Source: an uncultured Alphaproteobacteria bacterium (GTDB taxonomy: Bacteria; Pseudomonadota; Alphaproteobacteria; HIMB59; GCA-002718135). Taken from it: a DNA stretch of 64,000 nt. Where the stretch lies: the NCBI GenBank assembly GCA_902553005.1, contig CACDIK010000002.1:19615-83614 (forward strand), given 5' to 3'. Below, piece after piece: positions 48,824 to 60,069 of the stretch. How positions within the stretch are numbered: the first letter of the stretch is position 1; every line of letters starts with the position of its first letter. The notes below the pieces were generated by a model. That model saw only the letters and a list, made by a program, of their open reading frames with translations, was not told where the DNA came from and searched no databases. The position numbers were made by a program, and so were the translations under genes.

Positions 48824-50180
48824 GTTTTCTCTTTGTAAATTTCTGATCAGGTGAATTTATTTTTAACACCTTATATTCTTTCTCTAAATAATTAATATCT
48901 GAGGGGCTCCCAATTAAAGTAAAGTTTTCATTTATATTTTTATTAAGAGGAGATACTATTTTAAAGTGGTTTGTTATTTCACTACCTTCTTTATGTGGCA
49001 TATAGAAATTAATATCCTTATCTCTTAATTCAAAATTAAGGCTTGAAAATAAAAGCCTATCTGAAACCACTATATTTTTTACAACACCATCTGAAGAACC
49101 ACTGTAAATTTTTAGAGCATAATCATTTATACCACTTATTCGGTCAAAAATTTTAGACGGATAGCTCATTCCAATCATTACAAAAAGAATTAAGCAGATA
49201 ATAAAATTAAACATGTAATTAGCTATCTTTAAAAAAGAATTATTAATTCTAATATATAAAAGAGCAAATAAAGAAATTAAAGCTGGAGCAGCCCAATTTG
49301 CATTAGCTCTGACAATAATAGCTTCTACTAAAACAATTAAAATTATAGGCATAGAAAATATTAAAAAAATTTTTTGAATATAGTTCCATTTATTAAATCC
49401 AAATATCCCACCCAAAACCATAAACGGGCCTAACATTAAAACTTGAATTAACAAAAATTCTAAACCTCTAATGAGATCTATTTCAATATTTGAAAAATTT
49501 GCATTATCTGCAGTATGCTGAAGTGTTATCCAGTCATTATTAAAGTTCCAAATAATATTTGGTATGATAATTATAAATACACATAGAATAGTAAGACTAA
49601 AACCAAATAAATTATCGAAAAAAATTTTTCTAAATCTTTTATCAAATAAAATTAAAACAAATAAACAAATTATAAAATATATAGCTGCATATTTTGACAA
49701 AAAACTTAACCCCAGAAAAATACCTAATAATATAAAATTTTTTAAACTTTGTTCACTATTGATCTTAATTAATTCATTAAGTGAAAGTGTCCAAAATAAT
49801 AATAAAAAAAGATCAGTACTAATGATAAAAGATGAAAAAGAAACAGCGGGTATAAATAAAAAAATTAAACAACCGGCAAATGAATCTTTTTTATTTAATC
49901 CAGAGTTAAATAAAAGATTATAAATACTCCAGGCAATCAATAAATACACAAACGATGGGAGAAGTTTTAATGAAAAAAAACTACTACCTAATATTTCCGT
50001 ATAAACTCTTATTATCCAGGACAAAAAAGGGGGCTTCGAAAAATAACCAAAATCAATATCTTTTGACCATAACCAATACTGTGCCTCATCACCAAACAAA
50101 TTAAAAGTAGTTAAATTTAATGCGCCTATTTTTAATAAAAGTAAAACGATGAATGAGGGCAATAGAAACTTATTTAGCAT
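48795..50180 (-). CDS. ArnT/PMT-family (GT-C) membrane glycosyltransferase
   Basis: DEAQYWLWS, GYFSKPP, STD, LSKY, ANWAAP; ATG 50180 preferred. Confidence 0.88.
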   Translation of the reverse strand: MLNKFLLPSFIVLLLLKIGALNLTTFNLFGDEAQYWLWSKDIDFGYFSKPPFLSWIIRVYTEILGSSFFSLKLLPSFVYLLIAWSIYNLLFNSGLNKKDSFAGCLIFLFIPAVSFSSFIISTDLFLLLFWTLSLNELIKINSEQSLKNFILLGIFLGLSFLSKYAAIYFIICLFVLILFDKRFRKIFFDNLFGFSLTILCVFIIIIPNIIWNFNNDWITLQHTADNANFSNIEIDLIRGLEFLLIQVLMLGPFMVLGGIFGFNKWNYIQKIFLIFSMPIILIVLVEAIIVRANANWAAPALISLFALLYIRINNSFLKIANYMFNFIICLILFVMIGMSYPSKIFDRISGINDYALKIYSGSSDGVVKNIVVSDRLLFSSLNFELRDKDINFYMPHKEGSEITNHFKIVSPLNKNINENFTLIGSPSDINYLEKEYKVLKINSPDQKFTKRKLDVYEVVFE

Positions 50181-51504
50181 AATATTTTTTATACAATTCA
50201 AATAAAACTATATTTAAAATTACAATTAAAAAACCAGCAAAAAAAATGTCACTTAAGAAATGACCACCAGCCATTATTCTAATTAAACCTAGTACTAAAC
50301 CAGCAAAAGCACTTGCATAGAGAAAAATTATTTTTTTTGTAATTAAATATAGAATTATAATTGAAAACCCAACAGAAGCATCGCCTGAAACAAAAGAGCA
50401 ATTTGTTTCGCAAGCGTTGCTTATTTCAAACCACGGCGAAAAAGTTTCTTTTCCACCTAATTGTAAAATATCATTTGGTCTAGCCCTCCCCCATAAATTT
50501 TTAAGTATCAGGTTTACAAAAATTAACACCCCAACAATTTGAGAACCCCACAACAAAACTATTTCCTTGATAGAAAATTTATAATTAAAAAAAATTTTAT
50601 CAATTTTAGTGAAACGCCCAACTATTGGTAAAATTAAAATATAAATAAGTATTAATGGTAATAAAATATCTCGAAAAAATATTGAGGTTAAATCAAAACT
50701 TTGTAAAGCAAACTGTTGTGATCCATAATAAAACAAACCTGAAATATACAAATCTATGGATGGACCTGAAGTAATAAACACACAACTAATTACCAAAAAT
50801 AATACATAATTATAAATCTCTGAATTGTCTTCAGGCAACAAATTCGAAAATTTATATTGGGCATATTTCTTTTCTAAGATTGTGTTTATAATTTTGAAAG
50901 ATATAAGTGCTAATACAGCGCCGGCAACAATGTCAGTAAAAAAGTGAGCACCAACTACAACTCTACTCAAAGCAATAACAGACGCTAAAAGATAAAAAAA
51001 ATATTTTAGTTTTGGAAAAGTGGCTACAAGAATAAAACAAATTATAAATATAGTTGATGAATGGCCTGAAGGAAAGGAATGAAAATTTGAGTCGAAAGTA
51101 AAAAAATTAAAACCAAAAGAGTCCTCAAAATTTGTGTGATTGGGTCTTGGTCTACCAACAATATGCTTCAGAACCTGAGTTACAACTCCAACAACCAAAA
51201 TATAAAAAAAAGACGATACAAAAAAATTACTTATATTTTTTTGTTTTTCAATTTTTATAAATTCTAATCTGTTGTTCAAATAAACAACACCAAATCCAAT
51301 AACAGAAATAGCAAAATACCAAGACGAGCTCCCGAGCCTTGTTATGTCTACAAAAAATTCTTTTAAATAAACACTATTAAGACTTTTATTAAAATCTTTA
51401 AAATAATTATACAGCCCTAGATCTAAATTGAATGATATGAAAACATTTAAAGATATTATTAAAAGAACAAGTAGCTCAATTCTTATATTTTTAAAAAGAC
51501 TCAT
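50170..51504 (-). CDS. Tandem double-PAP2 membrane phosphatase (lipid A phosphatase-like)
   Basis: Domain 1: KHIVGRPRP / FPSGH / SRVVVGAHFFTD. Domain 2: KNLWGRARP / FVSGD / RIMAGGHFLSD. Confidence 0.85.
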   Translation of the reverse strand: MSLFKNIRIELLVLLIISLNVFISFNLDLGLYNYFKDFNKSLNSVYLKEFFVDITRLGSSSWYFAISVIGFGVVYLNNRLEFIKIEKQKNISNFFVSSFFYILVVGVVTQVLKHIVGRPRPNHTNFEDSFGFNFFTFDSNFHSFPSGHSSTIFIICFILVATFPKLKYFFYLLASVIALSRVVVGAHFFTDIVAGAVLALISFKIINTILEKKYAQYKFSNLLPEDNSEIYNYVLFLVISCVFITSGPSIDLYISGLFYYGSQQFALQSFDLTSIFFRDILLPLILIYILILPIVGRFTKIDKIFFNYKFSIKEIVLLWGSQIVGVLIFVNLILKNLWGRARPNDILQLGGKETFSPWFEISNACETNCSFVSGDASVGFSIIILYLITKKIIFLYASAFAGLVLGLIRIMAGGHFLSDIFFAGFLIVILNIVLFELYKKYYAK

Positions 51505-51533
51505 TTTATAATTTTTAAAAAATTAAATGAGCT

Positions 51534-52847
51534 TTACAATATAAACTTCGATAAGTCCTGACTTTTAATAAGTTCTCCTAGGCTATTTTCAACGTATTCT
51601 TTATTAATTATTATTTCTGTAGGGCCTATATCTGAGGCTGTATAACTAACCTCTTCAAGTAGCTTTTCCATTACAGTATGAAGCCTTCTGGCGCCTATAT
51701 TTTCTACATTCTGGTTTATCTCTGTAGATAAAGAGGCAATGGTATCAATTCCATCTTCTTCAAATTTCAAATCAACTTTCTCTGTTCCAAGAAGTCCTTG
51801 ATATTGCTTTATCAAGCTGTTTTGTGTTTCAGTAAGAATAAGTTTAAAATCTTTTTTACTAAGACTATCAAGCTCGACCCTAATTGGCAATCTACCTTGA
51901 AGTTCAGGTAGCATGTCTGATGGTTTTGATAAGTGAAATGCCCCAGAGGCAATGAACAAAATATAATCTGTCTTTACAACACCATATTTTGTAGTAACCG
52001 CGGTTCCCTCAATGAGTGGTAATAAATCTCTTTGAACACCTTCTCTTGAAACATCCGCACCACTTCTATCAGCTCTAGAAGTAATTTTATCTATTTCATC
52101 TATAAAAACGATACCATTTTGCTCTACATCATCCAATGCCCTTGAGTTTATTTTATCTTTATCTAAAAGTTTATCTGTTTCCTCATTTAACAAATATGCA
52201 TGAGAATCTTTAACACTCATTTTTTTCATTTTCTTTTGGTTACCAAAACCTTTTCCAAATACATCACCTAAATTAATCATACCCATTTGAGAACCAGGCA
52301 TTCCAGGTATATCCATAGTTGGTAAACTTAAATTTGCATTAGCTGAAACTGGAATCTCAACTTCATTATCATTTAAATCACCTGATCTTAATTTTTTCCT
52401 AAAATTATCTCGAGTCGCTGGCGTTGAACTTTTAGAAACTAAAACATCTAAAATTCTTTCTTCTGCATTTTTTTCTGCTTTTGCCTTTACCTCTTGACCC
52501 ATTTGTATTTTTGTTTTTGTAATACTTATTTCAACGAGATCTCTTATTATTTGCTCAACATCTCTACCAACATATCCAACTTCTGTAAATTTAGTAGCCT
52601 CAACCTTAACAAAAGGTGCATTTGCTAACTTAGCAAGCCTCCTTGATATTTCTGTTTTTCCACAACCTGTTGGACCAACCATTAAAATATTTTTTGGTAC
52701 AATTTCTTCTTTTAAAGAATCATCAAGTTGTTTTCTTCTCCATCTATTTCTTAAAGCAACTGCAACAGCTTTTTTTGCTTTGTTCTGACCAATAATAAAC
52801 TTATCTAATTCAGAAACAATTTCTCTTGGGCTAAAACTAGATTCCAT
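51534..52847 (-). CDS. hslU: ATP-dependent protease ATPase subunit HslU
   Basis: [29 protein letters not shown]. Confidence 0.98.
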   Translation of the reverse strand: MESSFSPREIVSELDKFIIGQNKAKKAVAVALRNRWRRKQLDDSLKEEIVPKNILMVGPTGCGKTEISRRLAKLANAPFVKVEATKFTEVGYVGRDVEQIIRDLVEISITKTKIQMGQEVKAKAEKNAEERILDVLVSKSSTPATRDNFRKKLRSGDLNDNEVEIPVSANANLSLPTMDIPGMPGSQMGMINLGDVFGKGFGNQKKMKKMSVKDSHAYLLNEETDKLLDKDKINSRALDDVEQNGIVFIDEIDKITSRADRSGADVSREGVQRDLLPLIEGTAVTTKYGVVKTDYILFIASGAFHLSKPSDMLPELQGRLPIRVELDSLSKKDFKLILTETQNSLIKQYQGLLGTEKVDLKFEEDGIDTIASLSTEINQNVENIGARRLHTVMEKLLEEVSYTASDIGPTEIIINKEYVENSLGELIKSQDLSKFIL

Positions 52848-52849
52848 AT

Positions 52850-53398
52850 TTAAAGCTCGATTGTTTCAGAAATTATATTATGGTTTGTATAAATACAAAT
52901 GTCTGCAGCTATATTAAGTGATTCTAAAGCAATTTCTTTTGCGTTCATTTTTGTATTTTTCATCAATGCTTTAGCGGCACTATTTGCGTATGGTCCTCCA
53001 GAACCTATTGCAAGTATTCCGTCGTCAGATTCAATTACATCACCAGTACCAGATAACAATAAACTTACATCCTTATCAGCGACGATCATCATTGCTTCTA
53101 ATCTTCTTAAATATCTATCCGTTCTCCAATCTTTAGCTAATTCTACACAAGCTCTTTTAAGTTGGTTCTTATATTGATCTAACTTTCCCTCTAATCTTTC
53201 AAATAAAGCAAACGCATCTGCAGTTGATCCTGCAAAACCAGATATAACGGTTTCATCAACACCAAGCCTTCTAATTTTTTTTACATTTGATTTCATTACA
53301 GTATTACCAAGACTGGCCTGACCATCACCCGCAATAACTACAAGATTATCTTTTCTAATTCCTACAATAGTTGTTGATTTAATAATATTTTTTTCCAT
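52850..53398 (-). CDS. hslV: ATP-dependent protease subunit HslV
   Basis: [34 protein letters not shown]. Confidence 0.98.
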   Translation of the reverse strand: MEKNIIKSTTIVGIRKDNLVVIAGDGQASLGNTVMKSNVKKIRRLGVDETVISGFAGSTADAFALFERLEGKLDQYKNQLKRACVELAKDWRTDRYLRRLEAMMIVADKDVSLLLSGTGDVIESDDGILAIGSGGPYANSAAKALMKNTKMNAKEIALESLNIAADICIYTNHNIISETIEL

Positions 53399-53407
53399 TA
53401 ATTGATA

Positions 53408-53435
53408 AGATGGCTATTTAATTATTTTTATCAAG
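53408..53435 (-). promoter_or_regulatory. Putative RpoH promoter of hslVU
   Basis: CTTG-N17-GCCATCT on the minus strand. Confidence 0.5.
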
Positions 53436-53479
53436 TAATTTACCTAGAATAAATCATATTTCACTGATATTAGGCAAAA

Positions 53480-54067
53480 ATGCGAAAAGGTAAGGTTGAG
53501 AGAAACACCAAAGAAACAAAGATAAGCTGTGAAATTAACTTAGATGGTGAGGGACAATCTAAAATTTCAACACAAATTGGTTTTTTTGATCACATGCTGG
53601 AATTATTATCTCATCATAGCTTGATAGATATAGAATTAAAATGTGAAGGAGATACTAATGTTGATCTTCACCATTCAGTTGAAGATACAGCTTACGCTAT
53701 TGCTTTAGCTATAAACAAAGCTCTTGATGATAAGAAAGGAATTAATAGATATGGTTTTTCATATGTTCCAATGGATGAGTGTTTATCGAGATGTGTTATT
53801 GATTTAAGTGGAAGGCCTGAGCTTGTGTGGAATGTTAATCTTGGTTTAAAAAAAATTGGTGAAATGGACACAGAGTTATTTCATGAATTTTTTAAAGCAT
53901 TTTCAAATGAATCTAAATGTAATTTACATATCGAAAACCTGTATGGAAAAAATAATCACCATATCATTGAATCATGCTTTAAGGCTTTTGCCAAAAGTTT
54001 AAGATTTGCTGTAGAAATTGATAATAGAAGAAAAGATAATATACCATCATCAAAAGGTACTCTTTAA
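53480..54067 (+). CDS. hisB: Imidazoleglycerol-phosphate dehydratase
   Basis: FFDHML, HHSVED, PMDE, NNHHIIE, PSSKG. Confidence 0.97.
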   Translation: MRKGKVERNTKETKISCEINLDGEGQSKISTQIGFFDHMLELLSHHSLIDIELKCEGDTNVDLHHSVEDTAYAIALAINKALDDKKGINRYGFSYVPMDECLSRCVIDLSGRPELVWNVNLGLKKIGEMDTELFHEFFKAFSNESKCNLHIENLYGKNNHHIIESCFKAFAKSLRFAVEIDNRRKDNIPSSKGTL

Positions 54068-54073
54068 TTTTTA

Positions 54074-54703
54074 ATGAAAAAGATCACTATTGTTGATTAC
54101 GGCTCAGGCAATGTCTTGTCTGCACAAAAATCTTTTATTAAAATAGCAAAAGATAACAATATTAAGGTTGATGTTTTAATTTCAAAAAAATTAAATGATG
54201 TAAAAAACTCAACCCACATTGTATTACCAGGCCAAGGAGCTTTTTCTACATGCATGAATGGCTTAAAAAAAACAGATGGATTGATTGATGAGCTTTCTGA
54301 GTTTGCATTAATAAAAAAGAAACCATTTTTAGGGATATGTGTTGGTATGCAAATGTTAGCTAAGATGAGTGAAGAAAATGGAGATCATGAAGGTCTAGGT
54401 TGGATTGACGGTCAAATTAAATTATTGCCAGGAGATAATTTAAAACTTCCTCATATGGGGTGGAACTTGGCAACACCAACAAATTCAAAATACAATAACT
54501 TAATCTCAAATAAAAATGACTATTATTTTGTTCACTCATATTACTTCGATTGTGCCAATAAAGACAATATTTTGGCAGAAACTAAGTACGGAACAAATTT
54601 TGCTTCAATAGTTGGAAAAGAAAATATATATGGCGTGCAGTTTCATCCTGAAAAAAGTTCCTCCCAAGGATTAAACTTATTAAAAGAATTTATTGGAGTA
54701 TGA
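54074..54703 (+). CDS. hisH: Imidazole glycerol phosphate synthase glutaminase subunit
   Basis: DYGSGN, LPGQG, GICVGMQ, YFVHSY, QFHPEKS. Confidence 0.97.
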   Translation: MKKITIVDYGSGNVLSAQKSFIKIAKDNNIKVDVLISKKLNDVKNSTHIVLPGQGAFSTCMNGLKKTDGLIDELSEFALIKKKPFLGICVGMQMLAKMSEENGDHEGLGWIDGQIKLLPGDNLKLPHMGWNLATPTNSKYNNLISNKNDYYFVHSYYFDCANKDNILAETKYGTNFASIVGKENIYGVQFHPEKSSSQGLNLLKEFIGV

Positions 54704-55242
54704 ACATGTCTACACAACTAAAAGAAAAAATTAATATTTCAGTTGATAATATTGAAACACTTACGGATGTAGATTTGGCAGATCTTTGTAATATTACAGA
54801 ACAAGCAATTAAAGCCGGAGGTGGTTTTGGTTGGTTAAGAGTTCCCACAAGAGATATTTTAATAGACTATTGGACTAAAAGAACTAATGATAAATATATC
54901 AAACTTATTGTTGGAAGACTTAACGGCGTTATAGCCGGAACCCTTCAACTTGCGTATGAGGCTCCTAATATTGAATCTAGGAAAAATATTGCACGTATAA
55001 GAAGACAATTTGTTGCTCCATGGGCAAGAGGTTATGGTTTAGCCAAAACAATGATTGACCACACTGAACAAATTGCCAAAGAAGACAATATTAAATCCTT
55101 GCAGTTAGCTGTTAGAGAAACACAAGATGCAGCAATAAAACTGTTTACGGGTAAAAATTATATGAAGTGGGGTGAAAATCCTTATTATGCCTATATTAAC
55201 GGAAGCTTTATAAAAGGTTATTATTATTATAAAAATCTATAG
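54700..55242 (+). CDS. GNAT family N-acetyltransferase
   Basis: FVAPWARGYGLA acetyl-CoA-binding motif, AIKLF. Confidence 0.88.
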   Translation: MNMSTQLKEKINISVDNIETLTDVDLADLCNITEQAIKAGGGFGWLRVPTRDILIDYWTKRTNDKYIKLIVGRLNGVIAGTLQLAYEAPNIESRKNIARIRRQFVAPWARGYGLAKTMIDHTEQIAKEDNIKSLQLAVRETQDAAIKLFTGKNYMKWGENPYYAYINGSFIKGYYYYKNL

Positions 55243-55982
55243 TGCATATTATACCAGCCATAGATCTAAAAAATAATAAATGTGTTAGGCTCTCTAAAGG
55301 CAAAGACAACTCCAGCATTGTTTACAATGAAGACCCAGAAAAACAAGCCATCTACTTTGAACAAATTGGTTGTAAAAAACTACACTTAATTGACTTAGAC
55401 GCCGCATTTGGTAGATCAAATATTAATTTTGAAACAATAAAGAATATTAGAAAATCTATTTCAATACCAATACAATTAGGGGGTGGTATTAGAAATTCAG
55501 ATTTAGTAAAAAAATATTTTGATGTTGGAATAAATAATTTGATTATTGGCTCAATGTCAGTTGAAAAACCAAATGAGGTTACAATTTTATCAAATAAGTA
55601 TGCCAATCAAGTATATGTATCATTAGATATTCTTAGAGATAACATAATGATAAGAGGGTGGGATGAAAATTCAGGAAAGAAAATAAAAGATATTCTTGAT
55701 ATTTATACTAGCTCTAAGATTAGAGGATATGTAATTACAGATATCCAAAATGATGGAATGCTAAAAGGTTTAAATTTAGATTTTATTAATAATTTTATAA
55801 AAAAAATAAACTTAATTAAAAAATTTAATAAAAAAATTATAATTGCAGGCGGTTTAACAGATTACTCTGATCTAATAAATTTAAAAAAACTAAACACAAA
55901 AAATATTGAAGGAATAATTTCAGGTAAATCTTTCTATGAAGGAAAGATTGATCTAGTAGAAGCGCAAAAAATTCTAAACTAA
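55242..55982 (+). CDS. hisA: ProFAR isomerase
   Basis: [30 protein letters not shown]. Confidence 0.95.
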   Translation: MHIIPAIDLKNNKCVRLSKGKDNSSIVYNEDPEKQAIYFEQIGCKKLHLIDLDAAFGRSNINFETIKNIRKSISIPIQLGGGIRNSDLVKKYFDVGINNLIIGSMSVEKPNEVTILSNKYANQVYVSLDILRDNIMIRGWDENSGKKIKDILDIYTSSKIRGYVITDIQNDGMLKGLNLDFINNFIKKINLIKKFNKKIIIAGGLTDYSDLINLKKLNTKNIEGIISGKSFYEGKIDLVEAQKILN

Positions 55983-55983
55983 A

Positions 55984-56739
55984 ATGTTAAAAATAAGAAT
56001 CATCCCATGCTTGGACGTTAAAGATGGAAGAGTTGTAAAGGGTATTAATTTTTTAAATTTAATTGATGCAGGGGATCCTGTTGAGCAAGCAAAACACTAT
56101 TCTGATAATGGGGCCGATGAAATATGTTTCTTGGATATTAGCGCGTCATTAGAAAACAGAGATACTATGATCAATGTAGTAAAAAAAACTGCAAACGAGG
56201 TTTTTATCCCCCTTACAGTTGGTGGTGGAATTTCATCAATAGAAAACATACAGGCATTACTTAAAGCTGGTGCCGACAAAGTTTCTATAAATTCTGCAGC
56301 AATTAAAAATCCCAATATCATTAAAGAAGCCTCTGAATATTTTGGAAACCAATGTATTGTTGTGGCTGTTGATGCAAAAAAACACAATGATGATTGGTTT
56401 GTTTATTCTCATGGTGGGACTAAGAAAACCGAATTATTTGCTTTAGATTGGATAGAAAAAGCTCAAGAACTAGGTGCTGGCGAAATTCTCTTAACATCAA
56501 TGGACAAGGATGGCACAAAATCTGGTTTTGACAATAAACTTTTAGAAAAGGTTTCAGAATTTTTAAAGATACCTGTTATAGCTAGCGGAGGAGTTGGGGC
56601 TCTAGATCATTTTTATGACGGTATAGTTAAAGGTAAAGCCGATGCTTTATTAGCAGCCTCAGTCTTTCATTTTAATGAAATTAGCATTAAAGAAGTAAAG
56701 AAATACTTAAAAAATAAAAATATAAATATCAGAGATTAA
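55984..56739 (+). CDS. hisF: Imidazole glycerol phosphate synthase cyclase subunit
   Basis: [33 protein letters not shown]. Confidence 0.97.
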   Translation: MLKIRIIPCLDVKDGRVVKGINFLNLIDAGDPVEQAKHYSDNGADEICFLDISASLENRDTMINVVKKTANEVFIPLTVGGGISSIENIQALLKAGADKVSINSAAIKNPNIIKEASEYFGNQCIVVAVDAKKHNDDWFVYSHGGTKKTELFALDWIEKAQELGAGEILLTSMDKDGTKSGFDNKLLEKVSEFLKIPVIASGGVGALDHFYDGIVKGKADALLAASVFHFNEISIKEVKKYLKNKNINIRD

Positions 56740-56744
56740 ATTTT

Positions 56745-57017
56745 ATGAAAATTGAAGATTTAAGTGAAATTATAGACAACAGAGTAAAAAGTAGAAAAAA
56801 AAACTCTTATACAAATAAATTATTAAAATTGGGACCAAAAAAAATAGCTCAAAAATTTGGAGAAGAAGCATCAGAGTTGATTATAGATTTTCTAAAAGGA
56901 TCAAAAAAAAGAACTATAGAAGAAGCTGTAGATGTAATCTATCATCTATTAGTTTTATTAAAGTCAAAAAAAATTTCAATGAACGAAATACATAAAGAAC
57001 TAGAAAAAAGAAAATAA
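56745..57017 (+). CDS. hisE: Phosphoribosyl-ATP pyrophosphatase
   Basis: SYT, KFGEEASE, EAVDVIYHLLVLL. Confidence 0.95.
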   Translation: MKIEDLSEIIDNRVKSRKKNSYTNKLLKLGPKKIAQKFGEEASELIIDFLKGSKKRTIEEAVDVIYHLLVLLKSKKISMNEIHKELEKRK

Positions 57018-57023
57018 AAAATA

Positions 57024-57374
57024 ATGTATGATAAAAATAATATCTTTGCCAAAATATTAAGAAAAGAAATACCTTGTGACAAAGTTTATGAAGATGAGTT
57101 TAGTTTATTTTTCAATGATATTAATCCCCAAGCTAAAATACATATTTTAGGTATACCAAAATTCCCTTGCACAACTTTTTCTGATTTTTTAAAAAATGCA
57201 GATAATGAAAATATCACATCTTTTTTTAAGAGTGTTCAGTTAGTAATAAATGATATTAATATTGAAGAAACGGGCTATAGGTTGATAACAAACTCAGGAG
57301 AGGATGGTGGACAAGAGGTTCCACATTTTCATATTCATATTCTAGCTGGAGAAAAAATTGGAAGCTTAAGATAA
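57024..57374 (+). CDS. HIT family nucleotide-binding protein
   Basis: NIFAKIL, DINPQA, GQEVPHFHIHIL. Confidence 0.95.
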   Translation: MYDKNNIFAKILRKEIPCDKVYEDEFSLFFNDINPQAKIHILGIPKFPCTTFSDFLKNADNENITSFFKSVQLVINDINIEETGYRLITNSGEDGGQEVPHFHIHILAGEKIGSLR

Positions 57375-57375
57375 A

Positions 57376-57984
57376 TTATAATTTCTCTCTTATAATTACA
57401 TAGTTAACAATTTCATTAACACCCTTTATGTTTTTAAGTGCAATAATCATTTCATCTAATAGATCTTGGCGCGCTGTAATACCCGCTACATAAATTTTAC
57501 CTTGGATAGTTTCAAAATTAAATGTAATTGCTTTGATCCCAACGGTTTTAGCAGCTACAGCTCTTGCTTGAGTATTAATCCATAAATCACTAGCATAGTC
57601 TTTTAATGTTGTTCTATTCCCAATTTCTATTTCATTTATAATTTCTTTAACCCCTTCAACTTCCCAAACTAATCTTACTGCATCAATTCTAATTTCTTGA
57701 TTATCAACAAGACCAGTTAATAAAATTCTACCCTCTAAAACACTTGTATTTATATTTACAAAAAGATTATTCTCTGCATTTAGGAATTTAGCTGCAATAT
57801 TAACCTTAATGGTTGCGTCATCAATTACTGTACCAAGAGACCTCTCACCCTCAGCTACTACCATTGCACTACCACCGCCTGTTGCAAGCACACTTGCTGG
57901 TGAACATCCATAATTTATTGATGTAAAAATCAAAAATATTGGAATAAATAAAATGTTAACTATTTTTTTAATTTTAACAACCAT
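57376..57984 (-). CDS. BON-domain lipoprotein (DolP/YraP-like)
   Basis: Lipobox NYGC, RSLGTVIDD, GRILLTG, two BON repeats. Confidence 0.88.
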   Translation of the reverse strand: MVVKIKKIVNILFIPIFLIFTSINYGCSPASVLATGGGSAMVVAEGERSLGTVIDDATIKVNIAAKFLNAENNLFVNINTSVLEGRILLTGLVDNQEIRIDAVRLVWEVEGVKEIINEIEIGNRTTLKDYASDLWINTQARAVAAKTVGIKAITFNFETIQGKIYVAGITARQDLLDEMIIALKNIKGVNEIVNYVIIREKL

Positions 57985-58802
57985 TTGTATATTTTATTTT
58001 TATTAATTTTTGTAAATTTATGTACTATTTCGACGACGTCGGTCAAAGAAAATTTTGTAGTCATTTTTTTTAATTCTTTGCTATACAAATCAATGTTGTC
58101 AAAATCTTGATTTTTTGATGTTTGTCTATCAATAACAGCAACAAACTCTCCCTTAATATTTTCTTTATCTTCTAGTATTTTATTTTTCACGTTGATTGGA
58201 GTTCCCCTAAAAACGAATTCATTTACCTTAGTAAGTTCCTTACATATTGAAACTGATCTTTTAGCCATAATATTTTCTAGGCAATCTAAAAAATCAATTA
58301 ATTTATGACTCGAGACAAAAAGCACACAAGTACTTTTTTTTTGGGAAATATTTTTACAAAGATCTTCCATCTTTTTTTTAGATTTTGGAACAAAACCAAA
58401 AAAAGCAAATTCTGATATTGATAATCCAGATAACTGTAAACTCGATATAATTGACGAGGGACCAGGTACAGATGTAACTCTAATATTATTTGCAATACAA
58501 TATTGTACTAAATTATATCCAGGATCTGAAATAAGTGGTGAGCCTGCATCAGAAATTAGGACACAATTTTTATTTCTTAATAAAGGCTTAATCTGATCTA
58601 TAATTTTATGCTCATTATAATCATGTAAAGCTATTAATTTCTTTTTAATGCCTAATTTATTTAGTAGTTTAAGAGAATGTTTAGGATTTTCACAAATAAC
58701 GATATCACATTCACCAATAACTTTTACAGCCCTGTAGGTTATGTCATCTAAATTACCAATAGGTGTTGCTACAATTGAGAGACCATTAATAATATTTTCC
58801 AT
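57960..58802 (-). CDS. rsmI: 16S rRNA C1402 2'-O-methyltransferase
   Basis: VATPIGNLDDITYRA, SDAGSPLISDPG, PGPS, KELTK, KGEF. Confidence 0.96.
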   Translation of the reverse strand: MENIINGLSIVATPIGNLDDITYRAVKVIGECDIVICENPKHSLKLLNKLGIKKKLIALHDYNEHKIIDQIKPLLRNKNCVLISDAGSPLISDPGYNLVQYCIANNIRVTSVPGPSSIISSLQLSGLSISEFAFFGFVPKSKKKMEDLCKNISQKKSTCVLFVSSHKLIDFLDCLENIMAKRSVSICKELTKVNEFVFRGTPINVKNKILEDKENIKGEFVAVIDRQTSKNQDFDNIDLYSKELKKMTTKFSLTDVVEIVHKFTKINKNKIYKWLLKLKK

Positions 58803-60069
58803 TATTTATATATTTATATTTATAATCTCATGTACTCCAGCAAATTTAACTAAACAAGATTCAAAAAACAACCAAGAAACAAATATTCCTGAAAAATCAA
58901 TTGAAATTAAAAGTGAAAAAAAAGCAATTGAAAAAAAAGAAAACAAACAAGATAAGCAGAATAAGACTTTAGGTGATGTTGTCTTAGATAAAACAATTAT
59001 TGCTTTATTTGCAAAAGATGATGATAAAAAAACCACAAAACAATTCTTGAATACATATGAATTGGGAATTTATAATCTTGGTATTAGCGATGTTGTTATA
59101 CAAATAGAACTTTTTGAAAATGAAAATGATCTAAAAAAAATTATAGAAAAAAATCTATTACCAGGGAAGATTTTTCTGGGACCAGTTCAATCTAAGTATG
59201 CAAAAATCTTAGATAATTATTGTACTCATGAAGTAATATTTTTTTCATACTCTTCTAAATCTTCATTAGCAAAAGATTGTGTTTATTTAATAAATTTTTT
59301 TCCACAGAATGAACTTTTACAACTTATGTTATATTTAAATGATGATGCAAAAGTTGCTCTACTTTATCCTGAAAATGAATATGGATATTTAATAAACAGT
59401 CTAATCGATGATATAATGTTTGAAAGCCCTGCAATATTAGTCAACAGATCTTCATATAAAGACGAACTAACAAATGTAAGAGAATCAATAAAAGAATTGG
59501 GAAAATATGAATTGAGAAAATATGAATTGAATAGACAAAAACAAATTCTATCTTCTAAAAATGATGAAAAATCAAAAAAGAGGTTAAAAAAATTAGAAAG
59601 ATTCAAAACTACAAGTGACTACGATTTTACACATATCTTGATTGCTGATTATGGATTGAATTTACTACAGGTTGCACCTCTTCTACCATACTACGACATA
59701 GACCCAAATATCGTACAGTTTATGGGAACTGGAGTAATAGATGATAAAACTTTTTTCTATGAACCTTCTTTACAGGGAGCAATATATCCAGGAATTCCTG
59801 AAACTAGTCGAATCAATGTAATTAATAATTATATGGAAATATATGATGATGAGTTTTTGAGAATTTCAACATTACCTTATGACTTAATAGGTTTAATTAA
59901 TTTCATCTACACAAAGGAATATAAATTTGGTGATGTAATTAAATTATTAAACAATCCGAATAAAAAATTTGATGGCATTGATGGAAACTTTTATTTCAAA
60001 GATAATATGATTGAAAGAGATCTTAACATATTAAAAATAAATAACGGAAATTCTTTTGTAATTAATTAA
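58741..60069 (+). CDS. Penicillin-binding-protein activator (LpoA-like) / periplasmic binding-fold lipoprotein
   Basis: Lipobox IISC, FLGP, ALLYPENEYG, LPYD, FDGIDGNFYF...IERDL; divergent from rsmI; start uncertain. Confidence 0.7.
   Translation: MSSKLPIGVATIERPLIIFSIIYIFIFIISCTPANLTKQDSKNNQETNIPEKSIEIKSEKKAIEKKENKQDKQNKTLGDVVLDKTIIALFAKDDDKKTTKQFLNTYELGIYNLGISDVVIQIELFENENDLKKIIEKNLLPGKIFLGPVQSKYAKILDNYCTHEVIFFSYSSKSSLAKDCVYLINFFPQNELLQLMLYLNDDAKVALLYPENEYGYLINSLIDDIMFESPAILVNRSSYKDELTNVRESIKELGKYELRKYELNRQKQILSSKNDEKSKKRLKKLERFKTTSDYDFTHILIADYGLNLLQVAPLLPYYDIDPNIVQFMGTGVIDDKTFFYEPSLQGAIYPGIPETSRINVINNYMEIYDDEFLRISTLPYDLIGLINFIYTKEYKFGDVIKLLNNPNKKFDGIDGNFYFKDNMIERDLNILKINNGNSFVIN

Noticed and set aside
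54700-55242. GNAT gene interrupting the his operon as a novelty
   Set aside because: A GNAT gene between hisH and hisA occurs in other alphaproteobacteria and it is tightly coupled here.
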